Shown: piece after piece, positions 53,741 through 64,000 of the stretch
Numbering within the stretch: the stretch's first letter is position 1
Layout: each line of letters begins with the position of its first letter
Assembly: GCA_963785235.1 (NCBI GenBank)
Contig: CAWAUM010000001.1
Location: 768,001-832,000 of the forward strand
DNA from: an uncultured delta proteobacterium
GTDB taxonomy: Bacteria > Desulfobacterota > Desulfomonilia > UBA1062
Length of the DNA stretch: 64,000 bases
Reading direction: 5' to 3'
The notes under the pieces: generated by a model
What the model saw: only the letters and a program-made list of their open reading frames with translations
Databases searched by the model: none
What the model was told of the DNA's origin: nothing
Position numbers and translations under genes: made by a program

Positions 53741-54944
53741 ATGCCTACGTGTACCGTGGAAGAAGCCATCAAAGATCTGCTGCAGGGAAAAATGATCATC
53801 CTCGTGGATGATGAAGACCGGGAGAACGAGGGAGACCTCACCATGGCGGCCGAGTTTATCACTGCGGACGCCATCAATTTCATGACAAAATACGGACGCG
53901 GCCTGGTGTGCCTGGCCCTTGGACTCTCATATCGCGGACAGGCTTGACCTGCAACCCATGGTCAGGGACAACACGAGCAAGTTCGGGACAGGATTCACCG
54001 TATCCATCGAGGCAAAAAAAGGTGTGACCACAGGCATCTCTGCCGCCGACAGGGCCGTGACCATCAGAACCGCCATTGCCCCGGACTCCAAGGCGGATGA
54101 CCTGGCCCGGCCTGGCCATATTTTTCCTTTGCGGGCCAAATCGGGCGGAACGCTCGTCCGCACCGGACAGACCGAGGGCTCGGTAGACCTGTGCAGGATG
54201 GCAGGGCTCAGGTCCGGCGCTGTCATCTGTGAGATCATGAATGATGACGGTACCATGGCCCGCAGGCCCCAGCTTGAGGAATTCGCTGTTACGCATGGTT
54301 TAAAGATCTGCACTATCGCCGATATCATTGCCTACCGCATCAGGAACGAGATCCTGGTGCGTGAGGTAGTCCGCGCAAAGCTCCCCACGGAATTCGGCAT
54401 CTTCGAGCTTGTGGGGTTTGACAATGACATAGACGACAAGGAGCATATAGCCCTGGTCAAGGGGGATATAACCCCGGATGAGCCTGTACTGGTCCGTGTG
54501 CACTCCGAGTGCCTCACCGGAGACATGTTCCATTCCGTGCGCTGCGACTGCGGCGACCAGCTCCACCGGGCCATGGAGATGATCGAGGAAGAAGGCAAGG
54601 GTATCATCGTGTATATGCGCCAGGAAGGCCGCGGCATCGGCCTAATCAACAAGCTCAGGGCCTACCACCTGCAGGACAAGGGCAGGGACACGGTGGAGGC
54701 CAACATAGAACTGGGTTTTGCCCCGGATTTGAGAGACTACGGCATCGGCGCGCAGATCCTCGTGTACCTGGGGGTGCGCAAGATGAAACTCATGACCAAC
54801 AACCCCAAGAAGATCATCGGGCTCGAGGGCTATGGCCTAGAGATCGTGGAGCGGATCTCAATCGAGATCCCACCCACGAAGGAAAACAAGAAATACCTCA
54901 AGACCAAGAGGGATAAGATGGGACACATTCTGGAGGTGGTATAG
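53741..54944 (+). CDS. ribBA: Bifunctional DHBP synthase / GTP cyclohydrolase II (apparent frameshift near 53920)
   Basis: [47 protein letters not shown]. Confidence 0.95.
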
Positions 54945-55409
54945 ATGGCGCATGTCATTGAAGGCAAACTACTCGGCAAGGGCAAGAAAGTCGCTATCGT
55001 AGCGAGCCGGTTCAACGACTTCATCACCGCACGGCTCATGGAAGGGGCGCTGGACGCACTCAACCGGCACGGGGTAGCGGAAAAGGATATCACCATCTAC
55101 AAAGTCCCCGGCGCATTCGAGATCCCATCGGTGGCAGGACGGCTGGCAACAAGCGCCAGTACGGATGGCATTATCTGCCTTGGTGCCGTCATCAGGGGCT
55201 CCACCCCGCACTTCGACTATGTAGCCTCCGAGGTGAGCAAGGGCATTGCCCATGTGGGACTGGGTGCCAAGATCCCGGTGATCTTCGGCGTGCTCACCAC
55301 CGACACCATAGAGCAGGCCATCGAGCGGGCAGGAACGAAGTCGGGCAATAAGGGATTTGATGCCGGCATGGCACTCCTTGAGATGATGGATCTCTTTTCC
55401 CAGATCTGA
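54945..55409 (+). CDS. ribH: Lumazine synthase
   Basis: [29 protein letters not shown]. Confidence 0.97.
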   Translation: MAHVIEGKLLGKGKKVAIVASRFNDFITARLMEGALDALNRHGVAEKDITIYKVPGAFEIPSVAGRLATSASTDGIICLGAVIRGSTPHFDYVASEVSKGIAHVGLGAKIPVIFGVLTTDTIEQAIERAGTKSGNKGFDAGMALLEMMDLFSQI

Positions 55410-55417
55410 CGTCATCC

Positions 55418-55834
55418 ATGAAGCAAAGGACCCGGGCACGAGAGGTAGCCCTGCAATATCTCTACCAGATCGACATCACCAGCAGCCACACGGAAAAGAC
55501 GCTTGCCGACTTCTTCAAACACTTTGTCGAGGACAAGGACAAGGAACTTGTCCCCTATGCAAAGGAGCTGGCTGAGGGGGTGTGCGAGTATCTGCCCCAG
55601 ATCGATATCCTCATTGAGAAGGCCTCACAGAATTGGAAGGTGAGCCGCATGTCCACCACGGACCGGAACATCCTGCGCATCGCCACCTATGAGATAGCTT
55701 ATCGCAAAGACGTCCCCTACAAGGTGGCCATCAACGAGGCCATCGAGATTGCCAAACGTTTCGGTTCATCGCGCTTCCCCTCCTTTGCCAACGGTGTGCT
55801 GGACAAGATCTGGAACGAGATAGCTGCTGAATAA
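55418..55834 (+). CDS. nusB: Transcription antitermination factor NusB
   Basis: RAREVALQ, DRNILR, INEAIEIAK, NGVLD. Confidence 0.96.
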   Translation: MKQRTRAREVALQYLYQIDITSSHTEKTLADFFKHFVEDKDKELVPYAKELAEGVCEYLPQIDILIEKASQNWKVSRMSTTDRNILRIATYEIAYRKDVPYKVAINEAIEIAKRFGSSRFPSFANGVLDKIWNEIAAE

Positions 55835-55891
55835 GTACCTTACAGCATAAGACCCATAGCGAGCATTGAATCGTTTATTAAATATGTATGT

Positions 55892-56077
55892 TAAACCAAG
55901 ATGTTGCGCTTAAGATGAGTAAAAAAAACTTGATCCGTTAAAAACCTCAATCTTGCAGCCTTTGCGGGATAATAATTTTCTCGGTCCTTTAGGCTGCAAG
56001 ATTGAGGTTTTTAACGGACCTGTTTTAAAAATAATCCAAGGTAACTATACGTTTTATACTAATCCGAAATCCGGGTA
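55892..56077. repeat. Dispersed element copy 3 (inverted) with hairpin 55934-56018
   Basis: Reverse complement aligns with 5595-5780 over the hairpin and both flanks. Confidence 0.88.
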
Positions 56078-56784
56078 CTACTTGATAAGCCCCTGTACCT
56101 TGGCGCGTTCTACAATGATTCCGCGTTGCTTGCTGCCGGTAATATCGAGCGTACGGGCCTGGACCAGGGTAAGGTCTATGCGGTCGAGCAGGGAATTCGT
56201 GATGTGAACCTCCTCCATAGACAGCCCCGGCCAGGGAAGTAAGCGAGAGGTTCGACTTGTTCAGCGAGGTGCGCACGATATAGGAAAGCCCGAAATTTGC
56301 TTCCGTAAGGTCACATTCGTCAAGGGTGCAGTTTTCTATGAGGCAGAAGAGGAACTTCGCCTGCTGCAGTTGGGCGCCTGTGAGGTCGAGGTTCTTGAAG
56401 GTGGAGTGGATGAAGGTTGCCCCTGAAAGCTTTGTCTTTCGAAGCTCTTTGTCTACGATGGTGACACGGATGAGATGGCTGTTCATAAAGGCCACCCTGC
56501 TCAGGGTGCATGTGCTGAAATCAACATCATGAATCGTCACATCCGAAAGGTGGGCGCCCGAGAGATTCGTGTTCTTGAAGATCGTACCTTCAAGCTTTGT
56601 CCTCTCCAGGTGAGACTCCTCCAGGTTGGTATCGGTAAGGTTCGCCTTGCTCAAGATCCGAGCCCCTCAGATTGGCACCACCCAGGTCCAGGCCCGACAG
56701 GTCGAGCCCCTTGAGGTATTCTCCCTCAACGGGATAACCCATGGATATTTTCTCAAAGAGTTTGTCTCTGTCAAACATGTTCAT
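56078..56784 (-). CDS. Pentapeptide repeat protein (apparent frameshifts near 56650 and 56215)
   Basis: LDLSG/ANLRG/ANLTD/TNLSG repeats; frame-corrected end ...KVQGLIK*. Confidence 0.8.
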
Positions 56785-58208
56785 TCGCCGGACTCCAGGA
56801 TTTTCTTCACCTCAGGGGCCATGGTGAACTCGGACTCTTTGATCTCTCCGTCCTTCAGATAGAAATGCACCCCGGATTTGGTACCTGTAATTGTCATACT
56901 CGTCATGCCGATGTTGATATCCGTCTGATCGTATACCGTACCCTCGATGTAGATGTTGCCCTGGTGGGTCTGGTGGATTTTTTCTACGATCTCGATGATT
57001 TTTGCATTCTGTTCGTTGAGTATCCTGCGAATTGTCCCCATGCCGTCTAAGATCTTGTTATACAGGGCTTCCTGCTGGCGGCTCAGTTCGCTGGTGGCTT
57101 TCAATACCCTCAATTTCGCCAGGGAAGACTGGAATCTGATAAATTCCTGGATCCTTTCCAAGATCTCTTCCTTCATCTGCTGCTGTTCACGGTGAAGGAC
57201 CGGGCTGCGCCCGATACTGAGCACTGTCTTTTCATCGGCAGTCTCCTGGCCGGCAGTGTGGCAATAGACGCAGCTGTCGGAGGATACCTGGCTTGTTGTG
57301 ATGAACCCGTTCGGGCTTTTAATAATTACCGGACCAATGGCAGAGACCAGGCTGTTGCGGATATAGCCCTCAACCACGATCTCTTTGTCCGATCTCACAT
57401 GGGCATCCTGGATGAACTTGGCATGGATCATGCCCTTTGCGGTTATTATAGCCTCTTCCTGGCCCATAATGCCGCCGGCGATTTTGATGTTTCCTCCGGC
57501 CTCCAGCACCACCTTACCCACCGTAGTGGCGATAGTGATATCTTCGGCGGCGTGGATTTCATAGCCGTCACCAACCTCTCCCTGGACTACGACAGACCCG
57601 TTGAACCGGATGTTGCCTACAGAGGCATCCACATCATGCACCACATAGGATGGTTCCACATTCACGGCATTTTCCAGCCAGACCACCATTCCATCAATGG
57701 CGGCAAATATCTGGTTCCTGTCGGCCGAGTAGGTCACGTTCTTTGCGCCTGGAAGTTTTGCATTTACCCCCGGTTTGCCGGGGATCTCTTCGCCCTTCAC
57801 GTTCATGCCGGGCTTGCCCGGCTGTTGATTGATAAGTTCGCAAAGTGCATCACCCTTCTTCACGTTCTGGATAAGATGCAGGTCTTTCAGGTTCACCTTG
57901 CCGGAGGCATCTTCTTTGATGGTCGCCTTTGCACGGCTGGTGTCGAAGTGAAATTTGATATAACCGTCTTTCCCTTGTTCAGGTCCCTGTCCCCTGGCAA
58001 TGACTACCCACTGGTTTATGGCCTTATCCTTGACGATCTGATCGACTACCCCGGGTATAAGTCCGAAGGTGATCCCCTCGTTATTGATGGCCGCAAGAAG
58101 GTCTTCAACCGTGACGTTGGCCGTTTCGGGCGATGAAGTCACGACCTGCAAGGATGCACTCAGTCCTCCCTCGGTAATGTTGAACGCTACAGAATAATCC
58201 TTATCCAT
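56781..58208 (-). CDS. FapA / DUF342 family protein
   Basis: GITFG, IARG..P..GKDG, VKKGD, DVDASVGNIRFNGSVVVQG. Confidence 0.88.
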   Translation of the reverse strand: MDKDYSVAFNITEGGLSASLQVVTSSPETANVTVEDLLAAINNEGITFGLIPGVVDQIVKDKAINQWVVIARGQGPEQGKDGYIKFHFDTSRAKATIKEDASGKVNLKDLHLIQNVKKGDALCELINQQPGKPGMNVKGEEIPGKPGVNAKLPGAKNVTYSADRNQIFAAIDGMVVWLENAVNVEPSYVVHDVDASVGNIRFNGSVVVQGEVGDGYEIHAAEDITIATTVGKVVLEAGGNIKIAGGIMGQEEAIITAKGMIHAKFIQDAHVRSDKEIVVEGYIRNSLVSAIGPVIIKSPNGFITTSQVSSDSCVYCHTAGQETADEKTVLSIGRSPVLHREQQQMKEEILERIQEFIRFQSSLAKLRVLKATSELSRQQEALYNKILDGMGTIRRILNEQNAKIIEIVEKIHQTHQGNIYIEGTVYDQTDINIGMTSMTITGTKSGVHFYLKDGEIKESEFTMAPEVKKILESGE

Positions 58209-58377
58209 TAATGATGAACTCGGCTTTTTATCCTGAAAACTTAAAAAATAGTGAGGTGATATCCTAAGGGTAAATCTCCTCCCGAAAGATTGCAGACAGT
58301 CCTTCTTTTTTCTTGACTGGCAGGTATACGTCCCGTACTTGAAATGCGAGGTATACACTACAAGGATGAGGTGTAAG

Positions 58378-59037
58378 ATGAATGTCCGCGATATTGACGC
58401 CCTTGCCATCAAGGGATTCCTTGATGCAAAGGAGGGTAAGGCTCTCTACGGGCTCGCCCTTGGTGCAAGCTCACGCGGGCCTGTGCTCGAAATCGGAGGT
58501 TACTGCGGGAAATCAACCCTTTACCTGGGCCTTGCATGCAAAAAGAACAACGGCATCCTGTATTCCATTGACCATCACAGGGGTTCTGAGGAACAGCAGC
58601 CGGGCCAGGAGTTTTTCGACCCCGAGCTCTTCGACGACAGAGAAGGGAAGATGGACACCTTCCGGACCTTTCGCAGGACCATCGAGCTCTCAGGCCTGTC
58701 GGATACGGTGGTGCCCATGGTGACCACCTCTGCTGTGGCGGCACGCATGTGGTCCACACCCCTTTCCATGGTCTTTATCGATGGCTCTCACACCTATCCG
58801 GGGGCCTTCTCGGATTATGTCTCGTGGTCACCGCTCCTTTTGAGCGGCGGCATCCTGGCTATCCACGATATCTTTGAAGACCCGGCCGCAGGCGGCCAGG
58901 CGCCTCACTATATCTATAAACTGGCGCTGGACTCAGGTTTGTATGAGGAGCTGCCCATGGTCAAGACCCTTGGGGTGTTGAAGAGGCGCAGGCCTGTAGA
59001 TATACCCAAGGAGCTCTTTTCAAAACGCGATTGGTAG
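58378..59037 (+). CDS. Class I SAM O-methyltransferase (Methyltransf_24), mycobacterial MeT1-like
   Basis: KGFL...EG..LY, EIGGYCGKS, DHHRGSEEQQPG, FIDGSH, IHDIF.DP..GGQAP. Confidence 0.85.
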   Translation: MNVRDIDALAIKGFLDAKEGKALYGLALGASSRGPVLEIGGYCGKSTLYLGLACKKNNGILYSIDHHRGSEEQQPGQEFFDPELFDDREGKMDTFRTFRRTIELSGLSDTVVPMVTTSAVAARMWSTPLSMVFIDGSHTYPGAFSDYVSWSPLLLSGGILAIHDIFEDPAAGGQAPHYIYKLALDSGLYEELPMVKTLGVLKRRRPVDIPKELFSKRDW

Positions 59038-60612
59038 GGTGTCCGTTTCCTTGTTATGGGTCCAGTAGTAGCGGTATGATCCGTTCATCAGCTCAGCCTT
59101 GATATAGCCGGCAGCAAAGTAGCCCGTAAGAACCTTGGAGGTAAAAGTTCTGTCCGTGCCGGTCTTCTTTGCAAGCGAATCCGCCAGGAGCTCAATGGGG
59201 TGCGAGTCCTCCTCGTTCCTGCAGGGGCTTTCCTCGATAAGGTCTTCGGAGAGGATTCTGTAGACGAGTTTCAGTTTGCGGTTGCCCTCAATAAGGAGAT
59301 ACTCGTTGTCGGTGCAGGTGCCGTCCTTGTGGTGCTGTAGCATGTCTTCCCAGATTTCATCGTTGACCCGGTCATATTCCGCCACAAAGGCCGTCATCTC
59401 TTCAGGGCTCAATTGCGAAGTCTTCACGATGGGAGAGTTGGCATCGTACAGTCTCCAGTTGTCGGTGAGTATCTCGATGTCATAGTTTTCCAGCTCTTCA
59501 CGGACCGTGGTGCCCGGAAAGGGTGAGAAGAAATGGTAGCCGTAGGCGATATCCAGCTCAAGGGCGAAACGCTGCGTCTCCTGGAGGGTTTCCCTTGTCT
59601 CGCCGGGGAGCCCCACCATGAAGGAGGCATGTGGGAGGATGTCGGCCTCTTTGCAGCATTGCACGGCCTTTCGTGCCTGCTCCAAGGTGATGCCCTTGCG
59701 GATCCTCTTGAGCATCTCAGGGTTGCCCGACTCGATCCCGAAACTTACGCAATCGCAGCCGACCTCCCGCATGATCGTGAGTGTCTCCAGGTCCACGGTA
59801 TTGACCCTGGCGAAAGCGCTCCAGCCAAAGGTTACACCCCTGCGCCTTATCTCGTCGCAGAGCTCTTTGACCCGTGCCTTGTTGGCCGTGAACAGGTCAT
59901 CGGCAACATTGATCCGGGTGAATCCCATTGCAAGGAGCTGCTCGATCTCGTCCACTACCAGTTTGGGGTTCCTGAAGCGGCCCTTGAAGCCGACCATGCG
60001 CCTGCCAAGACAGAAGATGCACTTGTTGGGGCAGCCCCGGCTCGTAATGATGCTCACCGGGTATCCCAGTGCCTGATAGCGGGATATGGGCAGCAGATGC
60101 CTGGCAGGCATGGGCAGGCTGTCGAGGTCATCAATGAGCTCGCGGGCTTCGGTGATAACGATTTCATCTCCATCCTTAAAGGCAATGCCCTTGATGCCGT
60201 GCCATGCCTTCCTATCATCCAGGACCGCGATGAGCTCCATTAAGGTCTGCTCGCCTTCACCCATGACGATGAGGTCAAGCTCGGGGCAGGTTTTGAACGA
60301 ACCGTGGGTCTCAAAGGAGACGTGAGGTCCGCCCATCATGGTGATGATCCCGGGACGGAGCCTTTTGGCATCCTTGATGATACGCTCGGCCTGGTGGTGA
60401 TTCATGGTGACCGAAGACGCACCCACCACATCGGGCTTGAATGAGTCAAGTATCTTTGAGAGCTTTTCAGGTGAATACTTGCTTACGATAAAGTCGAAGA
60501 TGCGAACGGTTGCGCCTGCGGCCTCGCAGGCCGCTGCTGCATAAGTAAGGCCCAGCGGCGGGGATGGGGCCTCTTCCAATGGATAGGGTGTGGCGATAAG
60601 TGCGATTCTCAT
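59020..60612 (-). CDS. Cobalamin-dependent radical SAM enzyme
   Basis: PPLGL, GGPH, GEGE, SRGCPNKCIFC, DDLF, GIESG, PFPGT. Confidence 0.92.
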   Translation of the reverse strand: MRIALIATPYPLEEAPSPPLGLTYAAAACEAAGATVRIFDFIVSKYSPEKLSKILDSFKPDVVGASSVTMNHHQAERIIKDAKRLRPGIITMMGGPHVSFETHGSFKTCPELDLIVMGEGEQTLMELIAVLDDRKAWHGIKGIAFKDGDEIVITEARELIDDLDSLPMPARHLLPISRYQALGYPVSIITSRGCPNKCIFCLGRRMVGFKGRFRNPKLVVDEIEQLLAMGFTRINVADDLFTANKARVKELCDEIRRRGVTFGWSAFARVNTVDLETLTIMREVGCDCVSFGIESGNPEMLKRIRKGITLEQARKAVQCCKEADILPHASFMVGLPGETRETLQETQRFALELDIAYGYHFFSPFPGTTVREELENYDIEILTDNWRLYDANSPIVKTSQLSPEEMTAFVAEYDRVNDEIWEDMLQHHKDGTCTDNEYLLIEGNRKLKLVYRILSEDLIEESPCRNEEDSHPIELLADSLAKKTGTDRTFTSKVLTGYFAAGYIKAELMNGSYRYYWTHNKETDTLPIAF

Positions 60613-60621
60613 GTATGTCCT

Positions 60622-61343
60622 TTAGTTGTATTTTCCGGGAAAGAGAATGGATCTCATCCAGTGCAGAAGTGTGTTGCCCTGGAGCAGGTCCTTGTCGATA
60701 ATGATGAAGTCCTTGGCGAGCTTCTTGGGGTCTGCGTACCACTGGCCCCGTGTTCTCATGGGCTCTTTCGGGTCAAGTTCTTTTATTACCGTTGCCGGGT
60801 TGCCCGCTGCAATGACATTGGCAGGGATATCCCGTGTGACCACGGACCCAGCGCCTATATGCTGTTGTCGCCGATGGTGACCCCTTTGCAGACAATGGAG
60901 TTGTCGCCCAGCCAGACATTGTTGCCTATGACGATTGGGCCGGTGGCGCCGATGTAGTCTGCGCGGTCATAGATGCCGTGCCAGTCGGAGTCGGTGATGT
61001 AGACGTTGCTGGCCATCATGCAGCTGTCGCCCAAGGTGATGCCGGTGGCTGCACTCATCCGCACGCCGGGACAGATGAGGCTGTACTTGCCGATTTTGAT
61101 GAATCCGTCACCTTTTTCCCTGCCCCATACGGTAAGCCGCACCCGGCGGTCCGGGGTGGAAATCACGGTGGCGAAGTCGCCTAGATCGACGGGCCAGCCG
61201 AAGACCTGGACATGCCAAGGCTTCATGAAGGTGCAGCCCTTACCCAGGTGCTGGAACTGGGGCCTCAGGAAGTGTTCCACGTACCACTTGCGGAAATTGA
61301 GGTCGAGCCTCTTGAGGTAATATGGCCGGTAATCCTTTCGCAA
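60622..61343 (-). CDS. Hexapeptide-repeat O-acyltransferase (apparent frameshift near 60857)
   Basis: ITDSDWH, PIVIGNNVWLG, KGVTIG, then VVTRDIP...AAGNPA in the next frame; TTG start. Confidence 0.88.
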
Positions 61344-61347
61344 GGTT

Positions 61348-62481
61348 TTAGGCCCTCATATCCATGGCGTCCGAATAGAACGCCTTCTTGATGCTGAAGA
61401 TGGGATGGTGCTTTTTGAGAAAGCGGTACATGTGGGATTTGGCGCTTTCGCCTGCTGCCCAGAATGAGTGGTTGAAGAGCTGGGACGCCGGGGTGATGTG
61501 GTAGATGGCGTCCGTGGCCATCATGACTGCCGAGTTTGTCCAGGTGAGCTTCTCTTCAGGCCAGATGACCATGTCCGGGAAGGTGAAGCCGCACCAGAAG
61601 GTGCCGTTGTCGTGTTTCTTGTTCTTGATCCAGCTCAGGACGGTGGCAGCCTTTTCGATTTCGCCCATGGCGGCCAGCGTCAGGATGAGCTCGGAGGTCT
61701 CGGCAACGGTAACCCATGGGTTGTCGGAGACACACCGTGTGCCGAGTCCTTCCACCATGAACTTGTTCCAGAACTTGTCGATGCGCTTCTTTGCCTCGCC
61801 CCCGGTAACAGCGCCACAGAGTACGGGATAAAACCAGTCCATGGAAAAGCGTGCCTTGGTGCGGTCAAAGAGGTGGGGACGGTAGCGCAGCGCATCGCCC
61901 AGCCTCTGCAGTGCCGATTGCCACGTGGGTCTGCTCTCTCCGAGCAGCAGGGCGAGGACGAGCGCGCACTTGAGGCTCATGAAGATGGAGCTGCATCCGG
62001 TGAGCAGTGCATTCGGGTCTTTGATTCCCAGGTAGTTCCTGGCCCAGTAGATCTCGCCGCCCGGAGCCTGGAGGTCCACGGCATAGTCGATCCCGGCAGA
62101 GACGGTGGGCCAGATATATTCGAGGAACGGCCTGTCCTGGGTGATGAGATAGTGGTGGAATACACCCACTGCGATGTATGACGACATATTGGATTCTTTT
62201 GTGAGGTCTTCGGGTATGCCGTTTATATAGGATGAGTGCCAGCTGCCGTCTTCAAGCTGAATGGATGCAAGCCATTCAAAGGCCTTGCGGGCCTCTTCGT
62301 AGTAGCCGCCGATGGTCAGCCCGATGGCCGCTTCCACATGGTCCCACGGGTCGGTCTTTCCCCCATCGTGCCAGGGGATCTCGCCTGTCGACCTCTGCTC
62401 TTTGGCTATGGATGAGGCCAGGGTCTCGATATCGATGGGCAGGTCCTGCTTTGAAATGGAAGGGGAAGAGTCATGTTCCAT
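61348..62481 (-). CDS. Prenyltransferase/squalene-cyclase-fold protein; probable MmpH-like glycoside hydrolase
   Basis: GEIPW..GG..DPWDHVE, Q..DGSW, LLTGCSS, FSMDWFYP, RCV...PWVTVAE. Confidence 0.75.
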   Translation of the reverse strand: MEHDSSPSISKQDLPIDIETLASSIAKEQRSTGEIPWHDGGKTDPWDHVEAAIGLTIGGYYEEARKAFEWLASIQLEDGSWHSSYINGIPEDLTKESNMSSYIAVGVFHHYLITQDRPFLEYIWPTVSAGIDYAVDLQAPGGEIYWARNYLGIKDPNALLTGCSSIFMSLKCALVLALLLGESRPTWQSALQRLGDALRYRPHLFDRTKARFSMDWFYPVLCGAVTGGEAKKRIDKFWNKFMVEGLGTRCVSDNPWVTVAETSELILTLAAMGEIEKAATVLSWIKNKKHDNGTFWCGFTFPDMVIWPEEKLTWTNSAVMMATDAIYHITPASQLFNHSFWAAGESAKSHMYRFLKKHHPIFSIKKAFYSDAMDMRA

Positions 62482-63197
62482 AGGAATCACCTTTCTTCAA
62501 ATAAAGTACAATGCTCTTGGCAATGAGAGGATTCAAGAGCCTGTCCAAGGTCCTTGTCAGCAGGGGTTTCTTCATGATGTCCCAGACAAGGAACTTGTGA
62601 TAGAGCTTTACGGGCAAGGCATTGTCATTTTTATGGCCTGCCATGCACTTGATCCACCAGTAGGGGCTGTGCAGGGCATGTGCCCAGCCCATGTCAATAC
62701 AAGTAGCCCCTGCTCTGTGCAAAAGGCTGATGAGTTCATTCTTGCGGTAAATCCTTATATGGCCGCCCTCTTCATTGTGATAGGCCTCCGAGAGTGCCCA
62801 GCATATACGCTCGGGCAGATATCTCGGTACGCTCACTACCAGAGATTTCCCGGGTTTGAGTACCCGGATGATCTCTTTCATCGCCGAGGTATGGTCAGGG
62901 ATGTGTTCGAGCACCTCAGAGCAGATCACAATGTCGAAGGAGGCGTCTGTGAACGGGAGCCTGGTGACATCGCTCACCATAACGAGCGCTGCACCACCGC
63001 CGTCTTCGCCCTCGTGCCGCATCATCTTCGTTGAGTTGTAGGGCCTTGAGTGCATCGTCCTTTTTCAGGTCGATCCCCACAACGCTCACCCCTTTGGCGC
63101 GGAAGGCTTCACTCAGATGGCGTCCGGCGCCGCATCCGGCATCGAGGACCTTTGTCCCGGGGCTAAGTTCGAGTTTACTGAAGTCAACGGTGAGCAA
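62471..63197 (-). CDS. Class I SAM methyltransferase (apparent frameshift near 63035)
   Basis: MLTVDF..., VLDAGCGAGRH, SEVLEHI, PERICWALS..YH..EGGHIRIY, HALHSPYWW. Confidence 0.85.
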
Positions 63198-64000
63198 GGA
63201 TAGCCTCCCGGTAAACCTCCACCACCTGCCTGGCGGTATTGAGCCAGGTGAAGTTCTTTCTTGCCCGGTCGTATCCGGCCTCGGCAAGGCGCGTGCGTTT
63301 GCCCGGATTGTCCAGAAGATCAATGATGGCAGCCTCGAGGGCCTTGGCGTCACCCGGAGGGACCAGAACGCCTGTATCACCTACCACCTCGGGCAGGGCG
63401 CCTCCTGTGGTGCTTATGACCGGTACCTTGCAGGCCATGGCTTCGCCTGCAGGCAAACCGAAGCCCTCATAGATGGAGGGGACTACTGCCATGGTAGTCC
63501 TGGCATAGTAATGGGCGAATTCAGAGTCTTCAATGCGGCCGGTGAAGGTGATGTAGTCGTGTGCGTTCAGGTTTTTTACCAGCTTGTCGATGACGCCGTC
63601 TTTTTTGGGCGCTCCGATGACGGTTAAATGAACATCGCGGTTCTTCCTGATGGAGGCCACTGCTTCAATGAGGAAGCGCAGGCCCTTGAGCGGCGTGTCG
63701 GCGCTGTTGGTGACCATGATCTGATTGTCCAGCCTTTTCACGCCGGGCAGGGTATGGAAGATGTCCGTATTGATGCCGTTGGCGACCACCCTGAACTTCT
63801 CGCGGGGGATAGAGAAGGCTGAACTGATGTCGGTCTTTGATGCCTCGGATACTGTAATGATATGGGAAAGTCTCCCGTGAGACTCTTCCCTGCATGCTCA
63901 GGAAAGAATACCACCTGCGCACCTTCCATTTACGCCAGAAGACCTTTTCGGATTCAATCTCCACGTCACGGTCCACGGTGATGGGGTGGTGGATGGTAGC
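63184..64000 (-). CDS. GT4 glycosyltransferase, 3' part (5' end beyond the window; apparent indels near 63810-63880)
   Basis: TIHHPITVD, WYSFL, SADTPLKG, PSIYEGFGLPAGEAMAC. Confidence 0.88.

Noticed and set aside
61348-62481. Squalene-hopene cyclase / hopanoid cluster
   Set aside because: The protein is about 377 aa with no DXDD motif; the context fits the MMP-like interpretation better

Overview
64-kb window from an anaerobic deltaproteobacterium-like (Desulfobacterota-like) genome; the lineage is inferred from the 16S and gene content, not from a database search. Layout: (1) 0-19 kb: pal, DHH phosphoesterase, corA, DEAD-box helicase, a B12 radical SAM gene, a lipoprotein metallopeptidase, a sigma54-controlled kdp locus with split sensor (kinase-less KdpD-Usp fused to a PTS EIIA domain, separate histidine kinase and NtrC-type regulator, two unannotated 27-aa membrane peptides) and two dodecins. 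(2) 19.4-24.9 kb: complete rrn operon (16S, tRNA-Ile, tRNA-Ala, 23S, 5S). (3) 24.9-44.4 kb: accessory region between rrn and tRNA-Asn whose gene blocks are punctuated by a GGAAAT-N2/3-GGGAC motif. It carries a PIN/AbrB toxin-antitoxin pair, envelope proteins, a histone-H1-like/FYDLN pair and CoA/lipid metabolism genes, including an ADC-PanE fusion. (4) 44.5-55.8 kb: housekeeping run ilvE, yceD-rpmF-fabDG-acpP-fabF-rpiB-glyA-nrdR-ribD-ribE-ribBA-ribH-nusB. (5) 56-64 kb: pentapeptide and FapA genes, then a cluster resembling the mycobacterial methylmannose-polysaccharide (MMP) genes, expanded by an acyltransferase and a B12 radical SAM enzyme; this is my best candidate for an undescribed system. 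A nested palindromic dispersed repeat family occurs in filled, empty and covarying copies. Many conserved genes carry apparent small indels that look like assembly errors.
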